A stretch of DNA of 64,000 nt from Escherichia coli (lineage in GTDB: Bacteria > Pseudomonadota > Gammaproteobacteria > Enterobacterales > Enterobacteriaceae), in the NCBI RefSeq assembly GCF_003334405.1, contig NZ_QOWM01000003.1; one strand, 5' to 3'. Numbering within the stretch: the stretch's first letter is position 1; the number at the start of each line of letters is the position of its first letter. Shown one piece after another: positions 51,081 through 63,707 of the stretch. The position numbers and the translations under genes are program-made. A model generated the notes under the pieces. The model saw nothing but the letters and a program-made list of their open reading frames with translations. It ran no database searches and was not told the DNA's origin.

Positions 51081-51185
51081 GTCTGACGTGCTACGCCTGT
51101 CAGGCCTATTCGACTCCTGCAATGTATTGAATTTGCATAGTTTTATAGGTCGAATAAGGCGTTCACGCCGCATCCGGCGTGAACA
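51081..51185. repeat. BIME/RIP-type repetitive element (REP - IHF-like core - REP)
   Basis: GACGTGCTACGCCTGTCAGGCCTA ... CTGCAATGTATTGAATTTGCA ... TAGGTCGAATAAGGCGTTCACGCCGCATCCGGCG between cho and nadE; about 90% similar to the copy at 58226..58325. Confidence 0.7.
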
Positions 51186-51223
51186 AATTACTCTTTTTCG
51201 CACAATCCAATATGTGCAAATTA

Positions 51224-52051
51224 TTACTTTTTCCAGAAATCATCGAAAACGGTAATTGGCGGACGGCGTTTATGTTCGGTTTTCAGATACCAGTTCTCTA
51301 TTGTTCTGGCGACCTGTTGAGGTACGTTTTTCCCTTCCAGATAGTCGTCGATATTGTCATAGGTCACGCCGAGTGCCACTTCATCTGGCAGAGAAGGGCG
51401 ATCATCTTCCAGATCGGCCGTTGGCGCTTTCTTATAAAGGTGTTCCGGGCAAGCTAATGCCGCCAGTAACTGTTTACCCTGACGTTTGTTGAGACGATAC
51501 AGCGGATTAATGTCCGTACCGCCGTCACCATATTTAGTGAAGAATCCGGTAATGGCTTCTGCTGCATGATCGGTGCCCACCACGACACCGCTGGTCATAC
51601 CCGCAATGCTATATTGTGCTTTCATCCGCTCACGCGCTTTTTCATTGCCACGGACAAAATCGCTCAGTTCAATGCCTGCTTCCCGCAATGCCTGTTCGCT
51701 GGCCAATACCGCGCCCTTGATATTAACGGTTAATACGCGATCCGGTTGAATAAAGGCAATGGCATCCTGGCAATCTTGTTCGTCGGCCTGAACACCATAG
51801 GGCAGGCGTACGGCAATAAATTGCAGTGATTCGTTGCCGGTTTCCAGGCGCAGCTCATTAATCGCCATCTGGCACAGCTTTCCGGCAAGCGTGGAGTCCT
51901 GACCGCCGCTGATCCCGAGCACCAGTGATTTAATGAACGGATAAGTTTGCAGGTAGCTTTTCAGAAAATCGACACTACGACGAATTTCCTCTTCAGCATT
52001 AATCTGCGGTTTTGCGCCCAGCGCCTTTATTATTTGTTGTTGCAATGTCAT
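51224..52051 (-). CDS. nadE: NH3-dependent NAD+ synthetase
   Basis: 275-aa ORF; PP-loop SGGQDS ([13 protein letters not shown]). Confidence 0.95.
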
Positions 52052-52252
52052 TGAACCCCTCCAGACAGAAAAGACAAAACTTCCTTAAAGCTAACCCGTT
52101 GCTACTGAAACGACAAGCGACAGCGGGCTGAATGGTGGTTAAAACGTCATACAGGAATCCTCTGAAAGCGGAGCCGTTTCGTTCACGGGCTTGAAAAAGC
52201 GCCCAATGTATTCCAGGCTTATCTAACACGCTGATAAACAAGAGGACGGAAT

Positions 52253-52591
52253 ATGAACAAGAATATGGCAGGAATTCTGAGTGCAGCGGCGGTATTAACC
52301 ATGCTGGCGGGTTGTACGGCTTATGATCGTACCAAAGACCAGTTTGTACAGCCTGTGGTGAAAGACGTCAAAAAAGGCATGAGCCGGGCGCAGGTTGCAC
52401 AAATTGCGGGTAAACCTTCGTCTGAAGTGAGCATGATCCATGCTCGCGGTACTTGCCAGACCTACATCCTGGGTCAACGTGATGGTAAAGCAGAAACCTA
52501 CTTTGTCGCGTTAGATGATACCGGACATGTCATCAACTCCGGTTATCAGACCTGTGCTGAATACGACACTGATCCACAGGCTGCGAAGTAA
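52253..52591 (+). CDS. osmE: osmotically inducible lipoprotein OsmE
   Basis: 112-aa ORF; lipobox LAGC ([13 protein letters not shown]). Confidence 0.92.
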
Positions 52592-52622
52592 TCAATTCGT
52601 CTGAAAGCTTGAGTAACAACGG

Positions 52623-52649
52623 AAACCGGCCATTGCGCCGGTTTTTTTT
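52623..52649 (+). terminator. intrinsic terminator of osmE
   Basis: AAACCGGC-cattgc-GCCGGTTT followed by a run of 8 T. Confidence 0.7.
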
Positions 52650-52691
52650 GGCCTGAGTTCTTAATTATCTTCGCGAATTATTTGCCCGAAA

Positions 52692-52707
52692 TGTGAAGAG
52701 GGTCATA
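52692..52707. promoter_or_regulatory. CRP-like site in the chb promoter region
   Basis: TGTGA-agaggg-TCATA matches TGTGA-N6-TCACA at 9 of 10 positions, about 190 bp upstream of chbB. Confidence 0.4.
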
Positions 52708-52889
52708 ACCACAGGTCAAGGAGAAACAATTTATAAGGTCAAAGAAATACTATTGCTCAGGTCTATACCGTATACTCCTTTCAGCCACAAAAAAAGTCAT
52801 GTTGGTTTCGCAAGTTACCCAGAGCATGGAAGCAGGTTAAGGCTTGCGGAGTGTCTGGCTGACAGATAATCGTCGATGAGGGCAGTTTT

Positions 52890-53210
52890 ATGGAAAAGAA
52901 ACACATTTATCTGTTTTGTTCTGCGGGCATGTCTACCTCTTTACTGGTATCAAAAATGCGCGCACAGGCAGAAAAATATGAAGTTCCGGTCATTATTGAA
53001 GCATTTCCGGAAACACTGGCTGGTGAAAAAGGTCAGAATGCCGATGTCGTGTTATTAGGGCCGCAGATTGCTTATATGTTGCCCGAAATCCAGCGTTTGT
53101 TACCCAACAAACCGGTTGAAGTAATTGACTCGCTGCTTTATGGCAAAGTCGATGGTTTAGGCGTGCTTAAGGCTGCGGTTGCAGCGATTAAAAAAGCCGC
53201 AGCAAATTAA
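52890..53210 (+). CDS. chbB: PTS chitobiose-specific EIIB
   Basis: 106-aa ORF; phospho-cysteine loop [11 protein letters not shown]. Confidence 0.93.
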   Translation: MEKKHIYLFCSAGMSTSLLVSKMRAQAEKYEVPVIIEAFPETLAGEKGQNADVVLLGPQIAYMLPEIQRLLPNKPVEVIDSLLYGKVDGLGVLKAAVAAIKKAAAN

Positions 53211-53294
53211 TTTATTTTAAATTTTCCCGTCAAAGAGTTATTTCATAAATCAATACCGCAATATTTAAATTGCGGTTTTTAAGGGTATTTTTCT

Positions 53295-54653
53295 ATGAGT
53301 AATGTTATTGCATCGCTTGAAAAGGTACTCCTCCCTTTTGCAGTTAAAATAGGAAAGCAGCCACACGTTAATGCAATCAAAAATGGCTTTATTCGCTTAA
53401 TGCCGTTAACCCTTGCGGGGGCCATGTTTGTATTAATTAACAACGTTTTTCTAAGCTTTGGGGAGGGGTCGTTTTTTTATTCCTTAGGTATTCGCCTCGA
53501 CGCCTCAACCATTGAAACACTTAATGGTCTGAAAGGTATTGGCGGCAACGTATATAACGGAACATTAGGAATAATGTCTTTAATGGCACCGTTCTTTATT
53601 GGCATGGCGCTGGCAGAAGAGCGTAAAGTCGATGCGCTGGCGGCTGGGTTGTTATCCGTTGCAGCATTTATGACCGTCACCCCATATAGTGTCGGTGAGG
53701 CCTATGCGGTTGGTGCAAACTGGTTAGGTGGGGCGAATATCATCTCCGGGATTATTATTGGCCTGGTGGTGGCAGAAATGTTTACCTTTATTGTCCGCCG
53801 CAATTGGGTCATTAAACTGCCCGACAGCGTACCTGCTTCAGTATCGCGTTCCTTCTCGGCATTAATTCCCGGCTTTATTATTCTTTCCGTGATGGGGATT
53901 ATTGCCTGGGCGTTGAATACCTGGGGCACCAACTTCCATCAGATCATTATGGATACCATCTCAACCCCACTGGCATCGTTGGGTAGCGTGGTGGGCTGGG
54001 CCTATGTGATCTTTGTTCCACTGCTCTGGTTCTTCGGTATTCATGGCGCGCTGGCGCTGACCGCACTGGACAACGGCATTATGACGCCGTGGGCACTGGA
54101 AAATATCGCGACCTATCAGCAATATGGTTCCGTCGAAGCGGCGCTGGCAGCCGGTAAGACCTTCCATATCTGGGCCAAGCCGATGCTGGACTCCTTTATT
54201 TTCCTTGGGGGCAGTGGTGCGACTTTAGGCCTGATTCTGGCTATCTTTATCGCCTCTCGCCGTGCTGATTATCGTCAGGTGGCAAAACTGGCGCTGCCGT
54301 CCGGCATCTTCCAGATTAACGAACCGATTCTGTTTGGTCTGCCAATTATCATGAACCCGGTGATGTTTATCCCGTTTGTACTGGTACAACCGATTCTGGC
54401 GGCAATCACCCTCGCAGCGTACTACATGGGCATTATTCCTCCGGTGACCAATATTGCACCGTGGACCATGCCAACCGGTCTGGGAGCCTTCTTTAACACC
54501 AACGGTAGCGTCGCCGCATTGCTGGTCGCACTCTTCAACCTTGGCATCGCAACGTTAATTTATCTGCCCTTTGTTGTGGTGGCTAACAAAGCACAAAATG
54601 CGATTGATAAAGAAGAGAGCGAAGAAGATATCGCTAACGCCCTGAAATTTTAA
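53295..54653 (+). CDS. chbC: PTS chitobiose-specific EIIC permease
   Basis: 452-aa ORF; multi-pass membrane protein of the lactose/cellobiose EIIC family. Confidence 0.93.
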
Positions 54654-54703
54654 TCGATGCCGGTACGGGTAATCGTGCCGGTAAGAAAAGAGAGGAACGA
54701 TGT

Positions 54704-55054
54704 ATGATGGATCTCGATAACATTCCCGATACGCAAACGGAAGTTGAAGAGCTGGAAGAAGTGGTGATGGGGCTGATCATCAACTCCGGACAAGCGCGCA
54801 GCCTGGCGTATGCGGCACTGAAACAGGCGAAGCAGGGCGATTTTGCCGCAGCAAAAGCCATGATGGATCAGTCACGGATGGCATTGAATGAAGCGCATCT
54901 GGTACAGACGAAACTGATTGAAGGCGATGCGGGCGAAGGTAAGATGAAAGTGAGTCTGGTGCTGGTCCACGCTCAGGATCATTTAATGACGTCCATGCTT
55001 GCGCGTGAACTGATTACTGAATTAATTGAGCTTCATGAAAAACTGAAGGCATAA
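54704..55054 (+). CDS. chbA: PTS chitobiose-specific EIIA
   Basis: 116-aa ORF with helical EIIA (Lac family) profile. Confidence 0.93.
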
Positions 55055-55061
55055 GGAGTCG

Positions 55062-55904
55062 ATGATGCAGCCAGTGATTAACGCGCCGGAAATTGCCACT
55101 GCCCGAGAACAGCAGTTGTTTAATGGCAAAAACTTCCATGTGTTTATCTATAACAAAACTGAGAGTATCAGCGGACTGCATCAGCACGACTATTATGAAT
55201 TTACTCTGGTATTAACCGGGCGTTATTTCCAGGAGATTAACGGTAAGCGCGTGTTACTGGAACGGGGCGATTTTGTTTTTATTCCGTTAGGTTCGCACCA
55301 TCAAAGTTTTTATGAGTTTGGTGCCACGCGCATATTGAACGTTGGGATCAGTAAACGCTTTTTTGAGCAGCATTACCTGCCATTGTTGCCTTATTGCTTT
55401 GTCGCTTCGCAGGTATACCGGACCAATAACGCTTTTCTCACCTATGTGGAAACAGTGATTTCTTCATTGAATTTCCGCGAAACAGGGCTGGAAGAGTTTG
55501 TTGAGATGGTTACTTTTTATGTCATTAACCGTTTACGTCATTACCGCGAAGAACAGGTGATTGATGATGTACCGCAGTGGCTGAAAAGTACGGTAGAAAA
55601 GATGCATGATAAAGAGCAGTTTAGTGAATCGGCGCTGGAGAATATGGTGGCGTTGTCAGCCAAATCACAGGAATATTTGACGCGAGCGACTCAACGATAT
55701 TATGGCAAAACGCCAATGCAGATTATTAATGAAATCCGTATTAATTTTGCCAAAAAACAACTGGAAATGACCAACTATTCAGTGACGGATATTGCGTTTG
55801 AGGCCGGTTATAGTAGCCCGAGTTTGTTTATTAAAACGTTTAAGAAATTAACGTCCTTTACGCCTAAGAGCTATCGTAAGAAATTGACTGAATTTAATCA
55901 GTAA
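55062..55904 (+). CDS. chbR: AraC-family dual regulator ChbR
   Basis: 280-aa ORF; N-terminal cupin, C-terminal AraC HTH. Confidence 0.93.
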
Positions 55905-56008
55905 GTCGTTATACCTGACAATTCACATATCTGTCCTGTTGCTGGATTATTTATGTCCGGGGGGGCAGATATGCCAGATATCAGTATTCTGTACTGAAGG
56001 GAGAAATT

Positions 56009-57361
56009 ATGAGCCAGAAATTAAAAGTCGTCACTATTGGTGGCGGGAGCAGCTATACCCCGGAGTTACTGGAAGGATTTATTAAGCGTTATCACGAATT
56101 GCCGGTCAGCGAATTATGGCTGGTGGATGTCGAAGGTGGTAAAGCGAAACTGGATATTATTTTCGATCTCTGCCAACGGATGATTGATAACGCTGGCGTC
56201 CCGATGAAGCTTTATAAAACGCTGGATCGCCGCGAAGCATTGAAAGATGCTGATTTCGTTACTACCCAACTGCGCGTTGGCCAATTACCGGCGCGTGAAC
56301 TGGATGAACGTATTCCATTAAGTCATGGTTATCTTGGTCAGGAAACCAACGGCGCGGGCGGTTTGTTTAAAGGTCTGCGTACCATTCCGGTGATTTTTGA
56401 CATCGTAAAAGATGTCGAAGAACTTTGTCCGAATGCATGGGTGATTAACTTCACTAACCCGGCGGGAATGGTCACTGAAGCCGTTTATCGTCATACCGGA
56501 TTTAAACGCTTTATCGGCGTGTGTAATATTCCGATCGGCATGAAGATGTTTATTCGCGATGTTCTGATGCTGAAAGACAGCGATGATTTATCTATCGATT
56601 TGTTCGGCCTCAACCATATGGTGTTCATTAAGGATGTGCTGGTAAATGGCAAGTCGCGCTTTGCCGAATTGCTTGATGGTGTGGCGTCAGGGCAGTTAAA
56701 AGCGTCCTCTGTAAAAAATATTTTCGATCTGCCATTTAGTGAGGGCTTAATTCGTTCGTTGAATCTGCTGCCATGTTCTTATCTGCTGTATTACTTCAAG
56801 CAGAAAGAGATGCTGGCTATTGAAATGGGCGAATACTACAAAGGCGGCGCACGAGCGCAGGTAGTACAGAAAGTCGAGAAACAACTTTTTGAGCTGTATA
56901 AAAATCCTGAGCTGAAAGTTAAGCCGAAAGAACTGGAACAGCGCGGTGGGGCTTATTACTCTGATGCAGCATGCGAAGTGATCAACGCTATCTACAACGA
57001 CAAGCAAGCAGAACATTACGTTAATATCCCGCATCATGGGCAGATTGATAATATTCCGGCAGACTGGGCAGTAGAAATGACCTGTAAGCTGGGGCGCGAT
57101 GGCGCGACGCCACATCCGCGCATTACGCATTTCGATGATAAAGTAATGGGGCTGATTCACACCATTAAAGGCTTCGAGATTGCTGCCAGTAACGCCGCAC
57201 TTAGCGGAGAATTTAACGATGTGTTACTGGCGCTAAACCTTAGTCCGTTGGTGCATTCCGATCGCGATGCTGAGCTGCTGGCACGCGAGATGATTCTGGC
57301 GCACGAGAAATGGCTGCCAAACTTTGCCGACTGCATCGCAGAGCTTAAAAAAGCACATTAA
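56009..57361 (+). CDS. chbF: GH4-family 6-phospho-beta-glucosidase ChbF
   Basis: 450-aa ORF; N-terminal NAD-binding VVTIGGGSSYTP. Confidence 0.93.
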   Translation: MSQKLKVVTIGGGSSYTPELLEGFIKRYHELPVSELWLVDVEGGKAKLDIIFDLCQRMIDNAGVPMKLYKTLDRREALKDADFVTTQLRVGQLPARELDERIPLSHGYLGQETNGAGGLFKGLRTIPVIFDIVKDVEELCPNAWVINFTNPAGMVTEAVYRHTGFKRFIGVCNIPIGMKMFIRDVLMLKDSDDLSIDLFGLNHMVFIKDVLVNGKSRFAELLDGVASGQLKASSVKNIFDLPFSEGLIRSLNLLPCSYLLYYFKQKEMLAIEMGEYYKGGARAQVVQKVEKQLFELYKNPELKVKPKELEQRGGAYYSDAACEVINAIYNDKQAEHYVNIPHHGQIDNIPADWAVEMTCKLGRDGATPHPRITHFDDKVMGLIHTIKGFEIAASNAALSGEFNDVLLALNLSPLVHSDRDAELLAREMILAHEKWLPNFADCIAELKKAH

Positions 57362-58123
<762 letters not shown>

Positions 58124-58138
58124 GTGAGGATGTTTGCC

Positions 58139-58325
58139 AGATGCGGCGTGAACCTTGCATCCGGCGATTAATTCCTACAAAGGCGGCGTAACTGCGCCGC
58201 TTGAGACTGCTGACAAACGCAAAACTGCCTGATGCGCTTCGCTTATCAGGCCTACGTGTTTCCTGCAATATATTGAATTTGCACAGTTTTGTAGGCCGGA
58301 TAAGGCGTTCACGCCGCATCCGGCA
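58139..58325. repeat. cluster of REP/BIME elements (at least three REP palindromes with an IHF-like core)
   Basis: GATGCGGCGTGAACCTTGCATCCGGCG; CTGCCTGATGCGCTTCGCTTATCAGGCCTAC; CTGCAATATATTGAATTTGCA; TTGTAGGCCGGATAAGGCGTTCACGCCGCATCCGGCA, between convergent chbG and katE. Confidence 0.75.
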
Positions 58326-58380
58326 TAAACAAAGCGCACTATGTAAATCATTTGAGGCGGCGCAATTGCGCCGCCTCCCA

Positions 58381-60642
58381 TCAGGCAGGAATTTTGTCAA
58401 TCTTAGGAATGCGTGACCACACGCGGTGTGCTGCCATCAGCGTTAGCAGTTCATCCATAAAACTACCGTCAGCGCTGTCAGCTTCCACAATCCCTTCTTC
58501 ACCCTGGTCAGCGACCTTGATTGTTGCTTTAAACTTGCGCGCGTCACCCGCCAGCGCAATCGGTTTAAGGTGTTTGTAGGCTTCCATCAGGTAGTAGTTG
58601 GCATCGCCGTTGTCAGCGATATCCGCGATATTGCCGCAAGGGACAATGACCGCATCGACCGTCAGCGAAGGTGCACCGGCAAAGGTAGCGGCTATAGGCA
58701 ACACCGTACCGTCATCCGCAGTCACTTCACCCATTCGGGAGTAGAGCAGTTTGGCATGAACGCCTTTGGCCTTCAGCGCCTTGAGAATGGCCAGAAGGTC
58801 TGCCGATCTCACTTCATCATTAAGTAAAATCGCTACCACGCGACCTTTCACATCACCGTCAGGAATGGCGTACAAACTTAAGGATGGATCCTTTTTCAGA
58901 CCGTTGACGTCCGGAGGTGGGGTGATATTCAGCTGGTCGTCAGTCAGTTCGATACCGAGATTTTTCGCCACCGCCTGGGCCAGAGTGAGATCAATATGCG
59001 CCAGCTGGTCAACAACGCGCTCACGAATATACGGACGAACGACTTTGCTTAACTCAAAACTGAAACCATCGACAATATGGCGCTGCTCAAATGGCGTCTG
59101 ACTTAGCCAGAACAGACGCGGATGGGAATAATATTCGCCAAACGATGGGCTGCGCTCGCGAACTTTATTGCCTTCCACGCGCTCCTGGTATGATTCAAAA
59201 CCGCCGCGTTTCGGCCCCGGCGGTGTTTCGCGCGGCCAGTTATCGTTAATCGAGTTCGGTTCGTAATTCGCCGGGTTAGTGTCGATCCCCATGCGATGCA
59301 TGCCGTCACGCTGGAAATTATGGTAAGGGCAGGTCGGACGGTTAATCGGAATCTCATGGAAATTCGGCCCACCAAGACGACTGATTTGTGTATCGGTATA
59401 GGAGAACAAACGTCCCTGCAACAGCGGATCGTTGGTGAAGTCCAGTCCCGGCACGATATGCCCAGGATGGAAAGCCGCCTGTTCGTTTTCAGCAAAGAAG
59501 TTATCCGGGTTGCGATTGAGCACCATTTTGCCGACACGCTGAACGGGCACCAGTTCTTCCGGGATAAGTTTGGTTGGATCGAGAAGATCGAAGTCGAACT
59601 TGAATTCATCTTCTTCAGGAATCAACTGGAAGCCCAGTTCGTATTCCGGAAAATCGCCTGCTTCAATGGCTTCCCACAACTCGCGGCGGTGGAAGTCCGG
59701 GTCACGTCCGGTGAGTTTTTGTGCTTCATCCCAAACGAGTGAGGCTTTACCTGCCAGTGGTTTCCAGTGGAAACGTACAAACGTTGCCTTCCCTTCGGCA
59801 TTAATCAGGCGGAAGGTGTGAATACCGAAGCCTTCCATGGTGCGGTAACTGCGGGGGATGCCGCGATCCGACATCGCCCACATCACGTTGTGCAGAGTTT
59901 CAGGTTGCAGAGAAACATAATCCCAGAAAGTATCGTGGGCACTTTGCCCTTGTGGAATTGCCCAGTGCGGTTCTGGTTTTACCGCATGAACAAAATCGGG
60001 GAATTTATGCGCATCCTGGATAAAGAAGATTGGCGTGTTATTGCCAACGAGGTCAAAAATACCCTCTTCGGTATAGAACTTGGTGGCAAAGCCACGGATA
60101 TCACGCACGGTATCAGCAGAGCCAGCACCACCCTGAACGGTAGAGAAACGTACAAATACTGGGGTGATTTTGTTCGGATCTGAGAGGAAATCCGCTTTGG
60201 TAATATCGCTTAAGCTTTTATATGGCTGGAAATAACCGTGAGCGGCTGATCCGCGTGCATGAACAATACGTTCCGGAATGCGCTCATGGTCAAAGTGGGT
60301 GATTTTCTCGCGCAGAATAAAATCTTCCAGCAGCGTTGGACCACGGCTACCGGCACGCAGTGAGTTTTGATCGTCGGCGATGCGCACGCCCTGATTAGTG
60401 GTCAGCGCATAATTTTCACTGCCTTTGCGTACGTCTTCCAGAGAATTAAGTTTTTCGTTACGCGTATCAGGGGCTTTCAGGCTCCCTGGGGCGGTAGGTT
60501 GTGCACCTGGCGGTGTTGGTTCAGCCGCTGGACGATGAGAGCCGTCCTCAGGTGCCAGTGAGTCCATCCCCGGTTTCGCTTCGCTGGAATCGTGTAGTGG
60601 TGACTGGTGCTGATGTGGGTTCTTTTCGTTATGTTGCGACAT
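58381..60642 (-). CDS. katE: catalase HPII (large-subunit monofunctional catalase)
   Basis: 753-aa ORF with catalase core (FDRERIPERVVHARG-like) and C-terminal flavodoxin-like extension. Confidence 0.96.
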   Translation of the reverse strand: MSQHNEKNPHQHQSPLHDSSEAKPGMDSLAPEDGSHRPAAEPTPPGAQPTAPGSLKAPDTRNEKLNSLEDVRKGSENYALTTNQGVRIADDQNSLRAGSRGPTLLEDFILREKITHFDHERIPERIVHARGSAAHGYFQPYKSLSDITKADFLSDPNKITPVFVRFSTVQGGAGSADTVRDIRGFATKFYTEEGIFDLVGNNTPIFFIQDAHKFPDFVHAVKPEPHWAIPQGQSAHDTFWDYVSLQPETLHNVMWAMSDRGIPRSYRTMEGFGIHTFRLINAEGKATFVRFHWKPLAGKASLVWDEAQKLTGRDPDFHRRELWEAIEAGDFPEYELGFQLIPEEDEFKFDFDLLDPTKLIPEELVPVQRVGKMVLNRNPDNFFAENEQAAFHPGHIVPGLDFTNDPLLQGRLFSYTDTQISRLGGPNFHEIPINRPTCPYHNFQRDGMHRMGIDTNPANYEPNSINDNWPRETPPGPKRGGFESYQERVEGNKVRERSPSFGEYYSHPRLFWLSQTPFEQRHIVDGFSFELSKVVRPYIRERVVDQLAHIDLTLAQAVAKNLGIELTDDQLNITPPPDVNGLKKDPSLSLYAIPDGDVKGRVVAILLNDEVRSADLLAILKALKAKGVHAKLLYSRMGEVTADDGTVLPIAATFAGAPSLTVDAVIVPCGNIADIADNGDANYYLMEAYKHLKPIALAGDARKFKATIKVADQGEEGIVEADSADGSFMDELLTLMAAHRVWSRIPKIDKIPA

Positions 60643-60845
60643 TGAACTCGTCTCCTTAATTTATTACTGAAAGGGCCGCTGTTTTGGTCAAAAAACTCTC
60701 TAACTATAGACCACCAGCCAGATCCCGCTTCGGAGACTATTCTGGAAACGGTGTTATGAAATACACGCAAAGCGGGACGTACAGGGGCTAAATCGGCTAA
60801 ACTACAGTTTTTCTGATTTTTAATATGCGTTTAGTGAAGCCAGTA

Positions 60846-61088
60846 ATGAAGAAACCGCTCCGCCAGCAAAACCGCCAGATTATTAGCTATGTCCCACGCA
60901 CGGAACCCGCGCCGCCAGAACATGCGATAAAGATGGATTCGTTTCGTGATGTCTGGATGCTGCGTGGCAAATATGTTGCGTTTGTACTGATGGGAGAGTC
61001 ATTACTGCGCTCACCGGCGTTTACTGTGCCTGAATCTGCCCAACGTTGGGCAAATCAGATCCGCCAGGAAGGGGAAGTGACTGAGTAA
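60846..61088 (+). CDS. cedA: cell division activator CedA
   Basis: ORF 60825..61088 (87 aa); 80-aa form from ATG 60846 (MKKPLRQQNRQ) chosen by recall; either start is possible. Confidence 0.8.
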   Translation: MKKPLRQQNRQIISYVPRTEPAPPEHAIKMDSFRDVWMLRGKYVAFVLMGESLLRSPAFTVPESAQRWANQIRQEGEVTE

Positions 61089-61376
61089 GGATTACATACC
61101 TCCCGGTTTTGCCGGGAGTTACATGACCTGAAATTCTGTATTTCGTTGCTACATTCATTCAAACCACCTGTAACAAAAAGCTGCCTTTGACGATCTATTG
61201 CTATAAATAAGTGATCTTTTTTCTTTAATTGTTTATTTATTTTAAAATGGTTAAGTTTTGCTAATCATGATGAGCTATTTTTGATAGTTCATCCTGTGGC
61301 GTCGCTCTTAAACTTATATTGTAAATGACTTAGATTTAAATGAGATAATAATTTTGTTAACAATATGAGGCGGGAG

Positions 61377-62180
61377 ATGTTTTCTACAAACTTAATACAG
61401 AGTAATTATGGTGATTTAAATATTAAAAGCCTGGCTTTCGACTCTTTTAAAGAAAGGCTGCAGTCTACTATGACAGCACTCACTTTCTTTATATCAACGG
61501 GTCAATGTGACTGCGATGAAATAGCAGAATCAAACTTTAATTATATGATTGCCTATATGTCTAACATTAACTATGATGCCTCAAAGCCAGGAGCGCCAGC
61601 ACTTAGTTTTGATACATATCTGCAGGACAATGTTAAATATAGAGTAATAATTAATAATCTTTATGGTAGTGAAATTCGGATAAGAGGTATAAATAAAGAT
61701 TTTATTGGAATGGATGTCACTTCTGTATTTCGCCCAGAAAAAATGACCAATTTGATCAGTATAAAAAACAGGTTGGTTATTCACTATTTAAGGACTATAT
61801 ACTATGAACAAAATTATATACATCCTGTCGGGAGCATTTTTGCTGCGATTCAAAAAAATGAGAGTCTCCTAAAGTTTCCTTCGATAATATCAATGCTTAA
61901 TATCAATCTTCTTTTTAATCCACTAAATCTTCCGGGAATGGGAAGTGGTGTGCTTGAAGATATTATGAGTATTCCAGATAGTTCACTTAGAAAACGTCTC
62001 GGGTATGAGGTTTTAAGCTTCTCGCTACAGGCACATTCATTGAGCCAGGAATGTATTGATAAGTTGGACATTTTTTTCGCTGACGATCTGTTTAAATATG
62101 AGTCAGTATGCATCGCCGCGATGGAACATTTAAAAAGTAAGGCAACGGCCCCTATACAAAACGGACCGTTGCCAGCATAA
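61377..62180 (+). CDS. ydjO: uncharacterized protein YdjO
   Basis: ORF 61365..62180 trimmed to ATG 61377 (267 aa); strongly AT-rich gene and upstream region. Confidence 0.75.
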   Translation: MFSTNLIQSNYGDLNIKSLAFDSFKERLQSTMTALTFFISTGQCDCDEIAESNFNYMIAYMSNINYDASKPGAPALSFDTYLQDNVKYRVIINNLYGSEIRIRGINKDFIGMDVTSVFRPEKMTNLISIKNRLVIHYLRTIYYEQNYIHPVGSIFAAIQKNESLLKFPSIISMLNINLLFNPLNLPGMGSGVLEDIMSIPDSSLRKRLGYEVLSFSLQAHSLSQECIDKLDIFFADDLFKYESVCIAAMEHLKSKATAPIQNGPLPA

Positions 62181-62183
62181 GAA

Positions 62184-63575
62184 TTAATGGTGTGCCAGTT
62201 CGGCGTCGTCTTCGCTATCCAGAATGGCTTTATCGGTTTGCTTCAGCCACTGGCTGGTCAGCGTGCCAGCTGTCATCGAGCCACTAACGTTTAACGCCGT
62301 ACGGCCCATGTCGATAAGCGGTTCAACGGAGATTAACAGCGCCACCAGGGTTACTGGCAGGCCCATCGCAGGCAGTACAATCAGTGCGGCGAAAGTTGCA
62401 CCACCACCGACACCGGCAACGCCTGCGGAACTAACGGTAACAATACCGACCAGCGTCGCAATCCACATCGGGTCCAGCGGGTTAATGCCAACCGTAGGCG
62501 CAACCATCACCGCCAGCATTGCCGGATACAAACCGGCGCAGCCGTTCTGACCAATGGTTGCACCGAAAGAGGCGGCGAAACTGGCGATGGATTCAGGAAC
62601 GCCCAGACGACGCGTTTGTGCTTCCACATTCAGTGGGATAGACGCAGCACTGGAACGGCTGGTAAAGGCAAACGTCAGCACAGGCCATACCTTACGGAAG
62701 TACTTCAGCGGACTCACGCCATTAATGCCCAGCAGAATGCCATGCACTGCAAACATAATCAGCAGACCGAGGTAGGACGCGACAACGAAACTTCCCAGTT
62801 TGATGATGTCTTGCAAGTTAGAACCTGCAACCACTTTGGTCATTAGAGCCAGAACGCCGTAAGGGGTCAACTGCATGACCAGGCGAACCAGTTTCATCAC
62901 CCAGCTTTGTAGGGTATCGATAGCGGCTAAGACGCGTTCACCTTTCGGCGCATCATCCTTCAGCAGTTTCAATGCAGCTACGCCGAGGAATGCGGCAAAA
63001 ATTACCACGCTGATAATTGACGTCGGATTGGCTCCGGTAAGATCGGCAAACGGGTTTTTCGGGATAAAGGACAAGACCAGCTGCGGAACGCTCAGATCAG
63101 AGACTTTACCAACATAGTTACTTTCAATGGCGTTCAGACGTGCAGTTTCTGCACCACCCTGAACCAGACCTTCAGCCGTCAAACCAAACAGGTTGGTGAC
63201 CAGCACACCGACCAGCGCCGCAATCAGCGTGGTAAACAAAAGCGTACCGATGGTCAGAAAACTGATTTTGCCTAACTGAGATGCGTTATGCAGACGGGCA
63301 ACCGCGCTCAGAATAGAGGCGAAGACTAACGGCATAACGATCATTTGCAGCAGTTGAACATAGCCGTTACCAACGATGTTAAACCACTGTACAGAATCTT
63401 TAAGTACCTGGCTGTCAGAACCATAAATGGTATGCAGGGCAAGGCCAAAAACCACACCCATCACCAGACCCACCAGCACTTTTTTCGCCAGACTCCACTG
63501 TTTATGGCGGGTCTGAGCCAGCGCAAACAGCAGTACAACGAACACCACGATGTTCGCAATTAATGGAAAGTTCAT
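62184..63575 (-). CDS. tcyP: L-cystine transporter TcyP (YdjN), dicarboxylate/amino acid:cation symporter family
   Basis: 463-aa ORF; multi-pass membrane protein with DAACS-family profile. Confidence 0.9.
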
Positions 63576-63707
63576 CCCCGTTCTCCTGATCTTATTATTT
63601 CTATCACTGCGTAGCAGTCATAGTGTTGGCGCAAGATTAACAGAACTGTGAGCTGGCTCTTATATTCAAATGGAATTGCTTATTCCAGAAAGGTGATTTT
63701 TGCCTTT

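Noticed and set aside
51064-51255. 63-aa ORF (MTKVTPSDVLRLSGLFDSCNVLNLHSFIGRIRRSRRIR...)
   Set aside because: Encoded by the REP/BIME repeat; the same peptide-like translation recurs at 58201..58416, which shows it is a by-product of the repeat, not a gene.
58201-58416. 71-aa ORF within the chbG-katE spacer
   Set aside because: Same REP-derived pseudo-ORF as above; overlaps the katE 3' end.
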